64,000 bases of DNA, from assembly GCA_026770705.1 (NCBI GenBank), contig JANJGN010000041.1:4898001-4962000 (forward strand). Direction: 5' to 3'. A model generated the notes under the pieces. It was not told the origin of the DNA, did no database searches, and saw nothing but the letters and a program-made list of their open reading frames with translations. The number at the start of each line of letters is the position of its first letter. Position 1 is the stretch's first letter. The DNA comes from Isurus oxyrinchus (taxonomy: Eukaryota). The translations under genes and the position numbers were made by a program. Positions 1-12,239 of the stretch are shown here, in pieces.

Positions 1-1010
1 CATGCCTTCCGTTAGCTCCTTACATTCACATTTATACCTTCAATGATATATTGTCTTGCCATTTCCATTTTATTTATTCCAACTCACCGAGATGTTCTCT
101 TAACCCTTTCTTGATTACAAACCATCTGTACTTCCTCAGCGATAAATCCCGCTCGAACACTGGGCCCAACACGGTTTATGTCCAGACTGCCCTAATGGTA
201 GAACTCCCATTTTCCCAGTACTGGTGCCAGTGCGACTACATCGGCACCCATTTCTCCTATGCTATTTTTTTGGGATACATATTCATCTTCCTAAATGCAT
301 TCACCTTACACCAATTTTTACATCACACTGGTCAAAGTCGTAGACAGTTAACGTATTTTTCTGCTGTTTAACCTCGTGCCTATCTCCCCAGAATCGGTAT
401 GCAGAAATTGCTTCCTAGTTGTTCCAATGTTTTTTTTGTGTTTACATGGACAACGGCCCAAAGAATCGAGTCCCTCCTACTGGAAGCTCTTCTCCAGCCT
501 GAGCAAGTCATCAAAGGTTCGAAGCTTGCAGGTAACCCAGCAGCCAGCAATCATGTTACCAATTGCATCAAACTCAACATATCCCACTGACTACACTATC
601 GCCTATCACAACTATATTCCTCTTCGCTCCACCCATTTGAAAGACATTTCTCACCATTGTGTCATGGTCAGTTTGTTAATCTACCTTGAAGTCCTCCCTT
701 TTAGCACGGGTTACAAACACTTCAAGCCTGTTGAAATCATCATGGACCGAGGCTCTTTGAAGTCTCAGTGCTGGATCCCCTTTATCTGCCAGACAAGACT
801 CGCCCTCCCGCTCCTGACTATTGATGAACCTGATGTTCTCTCTAACCTACGGGGAATGACTTCCTTCTGGGCCAAAGTGTCCAACAACATTTGCCTCCAT
901 TGCCTCGCCACAATTGCCTGAAAATTTCCACAACTCATAATCATGCTCAATGTATTCCATAGATACCTACATGCTGCTATAATGGCAGACCACCAGCCTG
1001 CCACTGCTGA
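1..1010 (-). mobile_element. Degenerate CR1 LINE, ORF1 (esterase) region
   Basis: Minus strand near 580-620 reads IVVIGDSVVSG, the GDS motif of the CR1 ORF1 SGNH esterase; many stops and frameshifts. Confidence 0.7.
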
Positions 1011-3639
1011 CAACCTTACTCATTTATTTAGCCAATTAATTAATAATTTACAGAGATACGTTCCCACAATGTTGCACTCAGCTATTTTAGAGATGAGGAG
1101 GAAATCTGTCCATTGACTGGAGGCTGACGAACTTAGGAAAAAAAACGCGTATTAACTCAATTTCCCAAATTCCCATCTGATCCAAATTCTCAACTCCTCA
1201 CTCAATCAACATTTGTCTCAGACGTAGCTGCGTGTCAACGTGTCCCTATTGACTTTCACTTTTAACGACCCTGTGTTTTTATACAACATCTAATGACTCA
1301 CCATCTAGCTCAGCATTCTCTTAAAGCAACATGTATAAACATCTATGAATGGGAACTACTTACCTGGTGCCTATTTGCTGATGCGATGCCCCAGAATGAA
1401 AACACCATGCGTAGGATTAGAAAAGTACCCCAAGATGATTTTTACATGCTGAGTTATTGATAGCGGCGTCGCTTCTGGATCAGTTTTTCAGCTGGATCTG
1501 AAATGTTTGAGGCGTGTACACTTCTCAATAAAATCTTCAAAAAGGAAACCACGCTGGCACCATTTGTGTTCTCATTTACAACCTGAACACACCAAATGTA
1601 GGACAAGGCTTTGCAAAATGAATTTCGACATTTCTCAACTTGAAATTACACGGAATTTGGTTAAAGGTGACCAAGGCAAATTATCGCTGACTACCGTCTC
1701 AAGCCATAAAACAGCGGTTGGATCACTTGTCCGCCATGTTTAACATCAACTGAGGATGCACTGAAGGTATGAAGAACAACCAATACATTTGCTTGAGAAA
1801 TATACAAGCATCAACCATCTGTCCAACTGTATTTAGTTTTCCTTCCGTCTTCACCGTGATAAAATCTGAGTGACCTGCAAAGCCATTTCTGAGCGTCATT
1901 TAACATTTGACAAGGCTGTGGGTCCACAGCCAAGTGCAGATTAGACCAAGATAAGATGGCAGATGTCGTTCTGATTGTCCGTCCTTCGATTACAAAAATT
2001 CCTTGCTGGCCGCAACTGATAATTGTTTTTTTTAATATAGTAGGAGCAGAACTGACACCCATTTCCTGAAACCCAGCATTGAGCTTGCAGCTGAGGGCGT
2101 ATAATATTCCCGAGCTGCTATCCCCTAGGACAATGGTGAAAGATGTGAACTGAGCCCTTTTTTAAGGATTAGTGAGTCAATCAGTGAATCAGGAGACACG
2201 TTTATTATTCCCTGGTGCGACTGATTACTGGGGTGGGGGGTGACATCCTGCAGCTGCACTTACATCAGAGGCTTTGCCTGCCCCCTCCCCCCAACTGCAC
2301 AGACCAATTCTCCTTCCACTGCATTTCTCCTGCCCTTCGAACGCTCCCACTCACAACCACATCACCCAACTTCCTATCTCCCCTGCTTCCCACTATCCAC
2401 CCCCTCTTCCCTTGTCTGCTCTTCCCATTGATCCCCACATGGCCTTGCAGCTGCGAGAATGCAAGGGGCCGAATGGCTTCCTGGTCCAAACTGTCTCCAC
2501 CTTTTGTTGGTCTTTAATTGTATTCCAAAGGTGAGCACTGGCTGGAGTCTAAGCTGCACTCACGTATGAGACTGCAGGAAAAATGCTGATAGTGTGTGTG
2601 CTCTGTGCTAAATGCCTTTCAACTGACTTGGAAAACATGCAGGTCCTGTTCGGAAGCTTATGCGTCTGTTAATTATTTGCCGGGGTACAGGGCTGACCAG
2701 CGGCCATTTGCCATCCAGCCTGATAGTTTGGCATAAAGGCGAGATGATGGGAAAATGATGAATCATCACAGGATAGGATCCAACAGCTATTTACTGTTCA
2801 GTTTGGACAAGACCCAAGCATTACATTCCCGAGCGTCGTTTTACCTGTTCCTTTAACTTGATAAACATAGAAGGGTGCCCTTTAGTGTGAGATTTGAAGC
2901 GGACCTTGAAAGAGTTTTTTCCTATTTTGTTCTTGGTGGGCGATGAAATTAATGTAAACTTGCTGGTTGAGGTTAAAAAAGAAACAAAAGCGCTCAGATG
3001 CTCCCAATTCCAGTTTAATCACAATATTTATGCTCGCATTGTCTGTGGGCACCTTGCACAATCTTTGCATGAAGTGGACTGCCTGGCATACAGCAGGACC
3101 CTGCCCAGTGACTCTCCTGCCATGGGTGACAGAGCACAGTCTGTTGGAACAGCTCACAGGAGATTCGACTGGAAATATAACAGAGAAGGAAGTGTTATAA
3201 CTGCAACAGGGGTGAATGATGCCACTTCACCTTCCTTGCACTTTCTCCCTAAAACAGATACTCCTTCCAACTCTCCATTCGTCCTCAAAGCCGGCACCTA
3301 GCAAGATGCCAATGGCCAAGACCTCCACTCCCCTCGGTGAACCCGAGGAAGTGTCCAGTATTCTCAAGGTACACAGCACTCACTATTTTTAGTTGTTGTC
3401 CTTCGGAGACATTGTCTTAAAATGCCTGACCAAAGATTTCACATCACGCAAAACGAAGCTTAGGCTGGAGTTCTGCTTAAGATGAACATGCACCCGCGGT
3501 GAGCATCGTCATGAACAAAATCACTGACCGAATTTTCTTCATTAGTCACTGGTGAATGCCACTAACACTCATGCGTGCACCCCTGCACACCATCACGTAC
3601 ACATGCAGGGAGACAAGAGGAGTGTTCAATGAATGGATT

Positions 3640-4060
3640 GCCCTCCCTGTTGTAAAGCGTGTGAAATAAATAGAGGTGGAAGGAGGGACACTATAAAAGT
3701 TGAATGAATCGAGTGGTTTCCAGGTATCTATATACTTATTTTTATGAAAAATGTTAATATAGTGGATGCAGTGCGAAGGTTTACTCCAGTGTCAATACTT
3801 ATAACTAGAAGTGTTAACTAAAAGACAATCGACAAGAAGAAATACAGGGAATTCAAGAATAATTAGTTCCCCAGAGAGAGGTGAGAATCTAGAAGTCACT
3901 ACCAAAGGGGATGCTGTGATGCGCACATTAGCTCTCTTTAAGTGAAAGACATGCAGACTTATTCTGGGGACAGAAATGGACGGACACCCTAGCGAGCTGT
4001 TACTTGAATGGGCAGGCTGTCCAACGCTGAGTGGTAAATATCTGTTGGTTCAATCGTAGA
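3640..4060 (+). mobile_element. CR1 LINE 3' fragment
   Basis: Decayed ORF2 C-terminal region resembling the 3' ends of other CR1 copies in the window (e.g. ~54880-55270). Confidence 0.55.
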
Positions 4061-4699
4061 ACAACATGGTAGGTTTTAATCAAAGTTTGAAGGGAGCTGG
4101 TAACTGGGCGATTTTATAATAAAGCCTGCTTTCGGACGGGGATCTATCTTTTCAGGAGGGTCTGTGTCAGGGCAAGGGGGGGAGAGGAGTGAAGGCACCA
4201 TATCGCTCTGCTGCCCCTCTCTCCATCTATAACTGCTGCTGTTTGGCCCCACCCCATTTAACTGTTCTCGCGAAAGAACAAAGGATAAAAAAGCCAAGTC
4301 CCGTCCCCCACCCCAGGAGGATGTCCCTGCACCAGAAATCTCTTGCTCCCAGTACAACATAATCGGTTATTGCAGAAGTGTCCCTGTCTTGGGTGATGTG
4401 GTTTTCAGGCAGTGGCTTCATCACCATTAGCAAAAGACCGTGTGCCACGCTAACCTGCTGTTTCGAGTCAAGTTGCAGCCTCCTCTAAAACGGAGCACGT
4501 CATCATCCACTCACCAGGCAGTTTGAGTGCCACCAAACTACCTGATCTCTCCCCACGAGGACTCTGCTCCCAGTTCAGGGGGGTACATTCGATTCGGTTT
4601 GGATTGTGCCTCCTGCCCATGCCTTGTTCAACCAGCTTATCATATGGACCATGTCAGGGGTTAGTTTTTCCTCATTCATGGGAAGGGGGCCGCGATGGC

Positions 4700-5050
4700 T
4701 GGGGGCAGTTTATTACCCATCCCTAGATGCCCTTGTGAAGGTGGTGTTGAGCTGCCTTTTGAACGGTTGCTGTCTCTGGGTATACGTACACCTGAAGCGT
4801 TTTTAGGCGGTGCTGGGGTGAGGTTTTTGTCATTGCAAAGGATACTGAACCAACGACAGTAAAGGAAAACTGTTGTCTTTCCAAGTTAGGATGGTCCGTA
4901 GCTTGGGGAGTGGATTGAAGTTTGTGTTGTTCCTATCTATCTGCTGAACTTGTCCTTCGAGGGGGAAGTGGTCCTACGCTTGGAAGGTTCAGTTGAAGTT
5001 GTCTTCGTTACTTCGTGTAAAGCATCTTATGAATGGTATAAACTGTTGCT
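4700..5050 (-). mobile_element. 3' fragment of second CR1/L2-group LINE family
   Basis: gcccttgtgaaggtggtgttgagctgcc is the reverse complement of the 3' tail seen near 34070-34100 and 40270-40290. Confidence 0.6.
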
Positions 5051-6899
5051 GCTGTGCATCGGAAATAGCGTTTTTGTCCATTTTCTTCATAATTTGTTTT
5101 AGAATGATTAACCGAAACACCTCTAAACGTTATATTTAATATAATATGACTGGTGGCTGTTGTGGAAGCGCACACCAGTCTTGACAGAGAACATGGAGTG
5201 TTCAAGATCTTCGGGGCCCATACCTTGCAGTGCTGGTAAGTGAAATCTCTGAATGTCACCCCTATGAACACTGCAATGACACAGATATTCTGTGGAGCTC
5301 ACCTACGAAAAAGGGACAGAAGTTGTAATTTGTCCGAATCAACGCTCCACCAAAACCTTTTGATGAAGATGTTCAGCTGATTGCTTAGGAATTATAGAAA
5401 ATCATACTTTATTTTATTTCGGGCAGTTCCTATCATGTTGAGAAAATGCTCAGGAGAATAGACCTCGAAAGCATCACTCTGCCAATATCTCTGCCTTACT
5501 GCGCTCCCCTCCCATCCTGCACTCAGACAATTTTAGGTCTTCTACCCCATGTCACACCAGCTCATCCTCAATGGGTCACTCCATTACAACAGGTCAGCCA
5601 AAATTCACACGGCACCCAAGCACCCTAGCAATTTTCCCCCATCAACCCTGCTATTCTTGTGTCCACACCGTGATTCCTAGGCTGCCTGCCATCATGTTTG
5701 GGTAACCCAATCAATCTATATCTTCATTCATGAAACATTTTGCCTCAATAGCCTCAGCTTCCCCCATCAGCATCAGCTGCTCCCTCTACACTCCCTCCCC
5801 CATCTTCCCTGCTTTCCACATAACCTCTGACTTCCACCCTCAAACCGTCTTTTATTCTCCAATAACTTCGACTTAATTCATCCTGTCTACTAGCATAGCA
5901 TCAACAGCCTGATCACTCAGCTGCAATGATTCTGAGATGCTCCATAGGTCCTGACGCAACCTTCCAGGATTGGTGTTGTGCATTCACCTTATGCTCAGCT
6001 AACATTGTGATGATTTGGTCACATTTTCAGAATGAGTGGTCTCTCCAGATATGACACTCGGCAACTGGTGAGTACGGCTGTGACAAACCTGGTTTCCTCA
6101 GCCTGATTCTTCGACACTTTCTGAATGTTTTGTAAAACAAATTCCGTTTCTTGAACTCCACCCCGTGTGTAATGCCAACACTATCAACCACCGACTTTCT
6201 GCCTGGTGCACAATCACTCGCACTATTGAAAGCTCTGTAGCCATTTGTTGCCAAAATCTGAAATGTAAAAATTGTACTGAGTAAAAACCGGCTGAACCTC
6301 GGGTAATACTGACGTTTCTGCGCAGTTCAATGAATATTTCCTGATATTTACCTTTAGCAAATGAGTATCGGCTGATGATAAAAACCCGCTCTGTTAAGTG
6401 ACAATAAATGACCTGCATTCTCGGGCCTGGAGAATAATCGAGTTCCTCAAAACATTCTAACCCAGGAGAGGCAATGGTTTCACTGTCAGGCACAGGTTAG
6501 TGACCAGCAGACGCTGCAGGAGACTCCGGGCTTTCATAAATTTGTAGAATCGAAGGGAACCAAAAATTTTTTTTTGTCGTCTCAACCAATTGCCTCTTGT
6601 TTTCATCAAACTATACGGTTTATTCTCTGTGGTGGCAGATGTCGGATGCGTTGTCCAGTTTTATGTATCCAGACAATTCTGTGCAAGTATTTGGCGTCCT
6701 TCTGCAGCTCCTGAGTTGATGCCCAAAATTTGAATTTATATTGTAACTCAGAATATGTTGCGGTTGCACTTAAAGAACGTGCTGGGATATGATTAAAATA
6801 ACTGAAACACTGTTCATGTGCAGCATTGTCTAATGCTATTTCAGGATTTCAGCGTGTAGAGGGTTTCCCAGCAAGGGAAATGAGGAACCGTTGGGCTGG

Positions 6900-7940
6900 T
6901 CGAAAATGGTAACATTGTCTGTTGCACCACTGGCATTTACAACATGAAAGTTCATCACTCAATTTAAACACCATAGTCTCCAGAATGACGGCACTGCCAT
7001 TGGGCAATACACAGGTCAACTTTCCTTCTCCTTCGCACAAATTGCACAATGAGCACTCCCAGCAGCATTACCCGCACAACCCATCACCCCCACCCACCCC
7101 CTTCCCCAACTCCATTTGGAGAAGCCAAAAGGCCATCATAACATATTGCACAAATGTCCCTTGCAGATGTTGCTCATACTTTTGGGAGAAATGAGGTGAG
7201 TTACTTACCACAGTGTTCCCAGACCCCGGCCTGGTCTTGAAGCAAAAATAGCAATCGCTTTACTGATGAACATGAGTGATAAATGTCACAGGGATTTTGC
7301 CAAAAGGGACTGTGTCTTTGTTAAATCTCGCCACGATCGTCCACACATCTTGGCTCATCCATGTCTAGCATTGTTATCCTCCATTTCCTTCTCTCTCAGC
7401 TGCTTTCCTGGTTTCCCCTTGAAGGGTTTATAATGTTCACCTCACCCATCCCGTCTGGTAGCGAGTTCCACATTCTGATGGCTCTCTTAATTCCCTATTG
7501 GATAATTGGCTGTGTGTGGTAAATTGATGACTATTTGGTGCCGTCTCTTCCTGTAAGACGAAACCTTCTCTTTGTATCCTTTTTCCCAAATGCCTGCATT
7601 TTAAACACCACTATTGTTCCATCCCAGAGACTTCTTTACACTTTTCCAGAGAGAATAGCCACAGCGTGAATACTGCTCCTGATATGTATACCCGCAAATT
7701 CGTGACATCATCCTTATCAATCCTCTCTGCCCGAGTGTCTCTAAATCGGTTTTACAACCATGCATACTGACCGTGCACACAATCGTCTAATTTTTGTCAA
7801 CCAACGATTTAATCAGGTTCAGCTTATCTTTCTGACTTTTCAATTCTATCCCCTAAGGCATGAAACCAAGTGTTCGGTTTGGATGTTTTTTAACGCCCTG
7901 TTAACATATAGGTCAATTTAGTGATTGATGTATTTTTATA
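6900..7940 (-). mobile_element. Two adjacent decayed LINE 3' fragments
   Basis: Reverse complement near 7190-7240 matches the ggc..ggaa..ctgtggcgagtaactcacctc segment at ~33580 and ~39810; 7340-7940 resembles CR1 3' ends. Confidence 0.55.
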
Positions 7941-9239
7941 TTCAAATTGCTTTGTAAACCTTCCCCTTCAAGCGGAAAGATGAAAGAGGAAGAGAGTCAT
8001 TTTCTTGTGTCGCTGTGATCAGTTCTGGACCGCAGGTACATTTACCGGTATATGGGTTGAACCAGGAGCCACGATCGTCGGTAGTGATAGGGATTTTGGG
8101 AGGTGGCGGTGCGGCATGGGTCAAGCAACACTTGTACAAGCCAATTCCGTTTGCTGATGAAGCGGACACCATGACCTTCTGCTGTAGCCGTCGTGAAAGC
8201 TTGAACTGAAGGCCCAGTTGAGCCCTCATTTAGCGTCAGGCGACATCTTGGTTAAAGGGATTTAATCCAGATCCTCAAAGTGACATCACATTAAAATAGC
8301 GCCTGTTTGCGCCTCTATGCGATATTGGACGACTTATAGAATTGTACTAGATAATATTAGTGGAGACTGGCAAGTCTACAATAACTAAAATGCTATTATT
8401 TGTTGTTTCTTTAAAGAGCCCGGAACTGAAGTAATGGCTTAACATTTGGAGAGGGTTTTAATGGTTATGGGAGAAAATTGTAGTGATGGTGTTCAACGCA
8501 CATCTGACTGCTGTAGGCTGAACGGAGGGCAATGCTTGATGTGCGAGACAGATTCCTCCTGTTCCAATCAATACCGATCTACTGTGGCTGCTTTGAAATA
8601 TGCTCAACTCCAATACGTTCGGTTCCAATAATGAGCACCAGTGCTCCAGTTATCTCATTGTGGCTCTGAGACGCTCAAGAGAAGTTTTGGAAAGCTTTGT
8701 TCTAGGTACTTCATTTCCAGTGCTCTACCAGCACAGATGTTCTTTACGGCAAATGAGCAGCTCTTATGTAGTGGAAAATTACATGTACACAATGAAGGTT
8801 GGCTTCACTTTGAGCATGATAAAAAGGCAGTCACCATTCAACATTCATTCTATAAAACGTGTTAACCACCTGAGCTGGCAAGCAGTCAAATCATGATCTT
8901 TATTTCGTGAAAGATTAAATAAATGTTCATTAGTTACCCATAAAGTAACTACCTCTTCATTAATCTTTTTTAAATTCTCTAGGGCTTGTTCCTGTGCCCA
9001 GAGTCCATAAGTGCTGCAGACCTAATTTCTTCTTGCTTCACCTGAAACATGTTTTCCTATCCCGATCAGTTTTTTGATGAATGCTGCATGACCTTCCAGC
9101 ACGCTAGACAGGTTATAAATTAGTTGCATCATGTCATGGCCTACATTAAATTAAGTGTTGTGAATTCCCTGTCCACGTTTCAAATTTCCTTAAGCATGGA
9201 GATCAAGGACCGGACATTCTGATCAATAGTTTACAGGTC

Positions 9240-10450
9240 AATAGCGTTAACGCACATCCTTTTGCACTGAAGCATTCTGATATTTCACTCCGTTTAAATA
9301 ATAGGTCGTTGTTTTATTCTTCGGAACAAAATGTATAAACTCGCAATTATACATCTTAAAAACAATCCAGGAAATTTTCTCCCATTCAAATAACAAGTCA
9401 TTCATAAAGTTTGTAAGTAGTTGGGCCCTAATATCCAAATCCTGTGGAAAAAATATTATTTACCATTTGACATCCAAAAAAAGACTCATTCATCCAGACC
9501 CTTAGCCTTCTGAACGTTAGCCGATACTCTATCCAAGGTAATATTTTTCCCATCTTATCTTGTGTATTAATCTTTTGTGTGGCTTCTTATCAAAGGCCTT
9601 CTGGAAGTCCAGAAGTACAACATCCACAGTATCTCCATTATCCACTTTGTTTGTCACATCTTCAAAATATCTAGCAAATTAGCGAAATACGATTTACTCT
9701 TCATAAAACAATGCTGACTCTGCTGGATTATAATTCGACTTTCCAAATGCCCCATTAGTAATTCCTGACTCATGGATTCCAACAATTTCTCAACTAGAGA
9801 CATTAATCTGGTCTATAGTTTCCTACTTTCTGCCTCACCCGCCTTTTTGAATAAGAACATCTTATTAGTATTATTCCAATTCACTGTAATCTTTCCGGAA
9901 TCGAGGGTATTTTGGAACATAATTGCCAATGCATCCATTATCTGCGCTGCTACATCCTTCAGGACCCTGGTATGTAGATCAAGGGGCCCTGGGGACTTGT
10001 CCCCATTTAATCGAAATTGTTTGTTCAGTACTGTTTTCTCTAGTTATGGGAATTGCTCTAAGTTCCTCCATCATGTTACGATTGGGGCGGCACTAGTTTC
10101 CTCCACCGTGAAAATTGAGGCAAAATATTGAGGCAAAACTTATAGTTCTATTTGTGCATTCATCACTACTAACGCCCCAGTCCTACCCACCAAGGGACCA
10201 ACATTCACTTTAGCTACTCTATTTCCTTTTATATACTTGTAGATACTTTTAATATCAGTTTTTAAATTTTGCGTTAGTCATCTTTAATACTTTTCCTTTG
10301 GTATTTTATGATTGCTCGTACCTTTGTTCATCTTTAAAACGTTCCCAATCTTCCAACTTTTCACTGATCTTTGCCTTTCGCTATGCATTTTTTTGGGACT
10401 TGGTGTCAGCTTTAACTTCGTTATTTAGCCAAGGATGATTTTTTTTTCCC
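9240..10450 (-). mobile_element. Degenerate CR1 LINE ORF2 (RT) fragment
   Basis: Minus strand at ~9587-9630 reads VDVVLLDFQKAFDK, a diagnostic CR1 RT motif; a DKSPGP-like motif lies near 9985-10000. Confidence 0.85.
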
Positions 10451-11054
10451 CTCTTACCATCTTTCCTCCTCATTGGAAAGATTGTTCACTATATTTTTGC
10501 CATTGTCACGAGGCATTATTTAATGGTATTTAGACACATTTATGTGTCTGAATGTGTTATCCAGGTCGATTATAAGTTCACATATTGAATGAATCAACGA
10601 GCTGAGGGTTTTAGGTAACATCGAGGGAAAATGTGCCCTTGGCTGCTGGTCTGCTGGATCAGTTTTCATTTAATTTTCCCAGTTCTTTTTTTCTCTTGCC
10701 GTTAAATTAGTGACGCTTCTGTTCATGTCCAGAGGAAAGTGTTATCCTTCAACTTGTATTATTTGCTACCCAAAGCGAATGGCAGCGACCGAGTTCCTGG
10801 CATCATATCCGATCCAATGTTAAGGGGATTTGTCAGGCGAAATTCCCAGTTTTGTTCGTGTGCAATACTCTCATCCTGCATGTCTAAATTCATTGTGCTT
10901 CTATGTTTCTTTTTTAAATTTACCATCACCTCTTTCTGCATCACAGTTGCCTTTATCAATGTCTCGACAGTGGATATTTGTTGCAAGAATCACTTGTATT
11001 TCAGCCCCTCATGTTCAACTCTTTCTATCCATCCATCCATCTATCTCTGTAACT

Positions 11055-11354
11055 AAAACAAAAACATAAATACCTGGAAAAAAACTCAGCAGGTCTGGGA
11101 ACATCAGTACAGAGGAACACAGTTAAAGTTCCGAATCCATATGCCGGTGATCATTGGCATTCTATCCAGTTCTTCCTATCTCACCACCCTCCCTTAAACC
11201 AGCTAACATTTCACCTCTTTTCTATTTTACCTTAAGTTCTGTTGAAGAGTCATACGAGATGGAAACTTTAACTGCGTTTCTCACCGCAGATGCTGTCAGT
11301 CCTGTTCCGTTTTTTCTAGGTATTTTTGTTCTGATTTGGATTTCCAGCATCTGC
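11055..11354. mobile_element. Non-autonomous Penelope pLTR derivative (inverted pair of terminal-repeat ends)
   Basis: 11055-11145 matches 41445-41520, and 11190-11354 matches 43745-43880; the two arms are roughly reverse complements of each other. Confidence 0.75.
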
Positions 11355-11492
11355 NNNNNNNNNNNNNNNNNNNNNNNNNNNNNNNNNNNNNNNNNNNNNN
11401 NNNNNNNNNNNNNNNNNNNNNNNNNNNNNNNNNNNNNNNNNNNNNNNNNNNNNNNNNNNNNNNNNNNNNNNNNNNNNNNNNNNNNNNNNNNN
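11355..11492. other. Assembly gap (138 N)
   Basis: Run of n bases. Confidence 1.
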
Positions 11493-11715
11493 ATCTATAC
11501 ATCGATCTATCTCTCTATCTATATATCCATCCATTTTGCTCTCTCACTCTCTTGCTCTTTCACTCGCTCGCTCCATTTGTGGCATGCGCTGTCTCTCTCT
11601 CTCTCTCTTGCATTCAACTCTCTCTTCAAATCAATCTATCCTTTTGAATGTCTGCCTATCTGTGCATCTATGTGTCCGTCTATCTGTCTGTCGGTCTGTC
11701 TGTCTAACTATCTTG
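11493..11715. repeat. Degenerate (TCTA)/(TC)/(TCTG) microsatellite-rich tract
   Basis: atctatctctctatctat, ctctctctctctc and tctgtctgtc runs; related TCCA/TCTA repeats at ~11021-11047 before the pLTR element. Confidence 0.75.
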
Positions 11716-12239
11716 ATTAATTCTCACGACACTGCGACATGTGAGTGCGGCGCAGAAAAAAAGTGTCAGTGTGATATCACATATGAGATTAGATCAAATT
11801 GATTGCCAAATTCTGCATAAAATGTCTGCTCAGGCGAAATAAATTAACTTTGCCCGTGATTCCTTGTCTGTAAGGCGCTTGACTCTGTTCTCCACAAATG
11901 CTGAAATCACTGGATGATTCCTACATTTGGTTATGCTGAACATTTGTTATTTTGTTCCTAATCGTGTTTTCAAATGTATCCTTTCATGTGGCGGCGATAT
12001 GGTTAGATGGACCACAAGTCATTGCTCGATCCCAATTTCCCATGATATTGTGGAGGTGCACTACCTTCCTGTAATTGTACGTTTTATCTGCTTGACGTCA
12101 GTGGCAATCCTTCAGTACCTAGAAAGACGCCCGTCAGGCTCAGTGTGAATTCAGATGACTGAGGAATCCAGTTCTGGACCTACATTTACTTCCACTGTAG
12201 GACAAGTTTTTTGCACTAACGAGTGGAAATAAAAGGCTC

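Noticed and set aside
4080-4690. Possible solo LTR (AATAAA, TATA-like, GC-rich)
   Set aside because: No clear TG...CA ends, TSD or second copy, and the signal order is wrong.
6098-6493. FWQQMATELS... as a Myb/SANT (Harbinger) domain
   Set aside because: Only a few residues resemble the motif and no Harbinger transposase or TIRs are nearby.
1476-10667. Shared 13-mer ctggatcagtttt at ~1476 and ~10655
   Set aside because: Multiple 13-mer matches are expected by chance in 64 kb and the flanks do not align.
11154-11720. ORFs spanning the N run
   Set aside because: Artefacts of the gap and low-complexity sequence.
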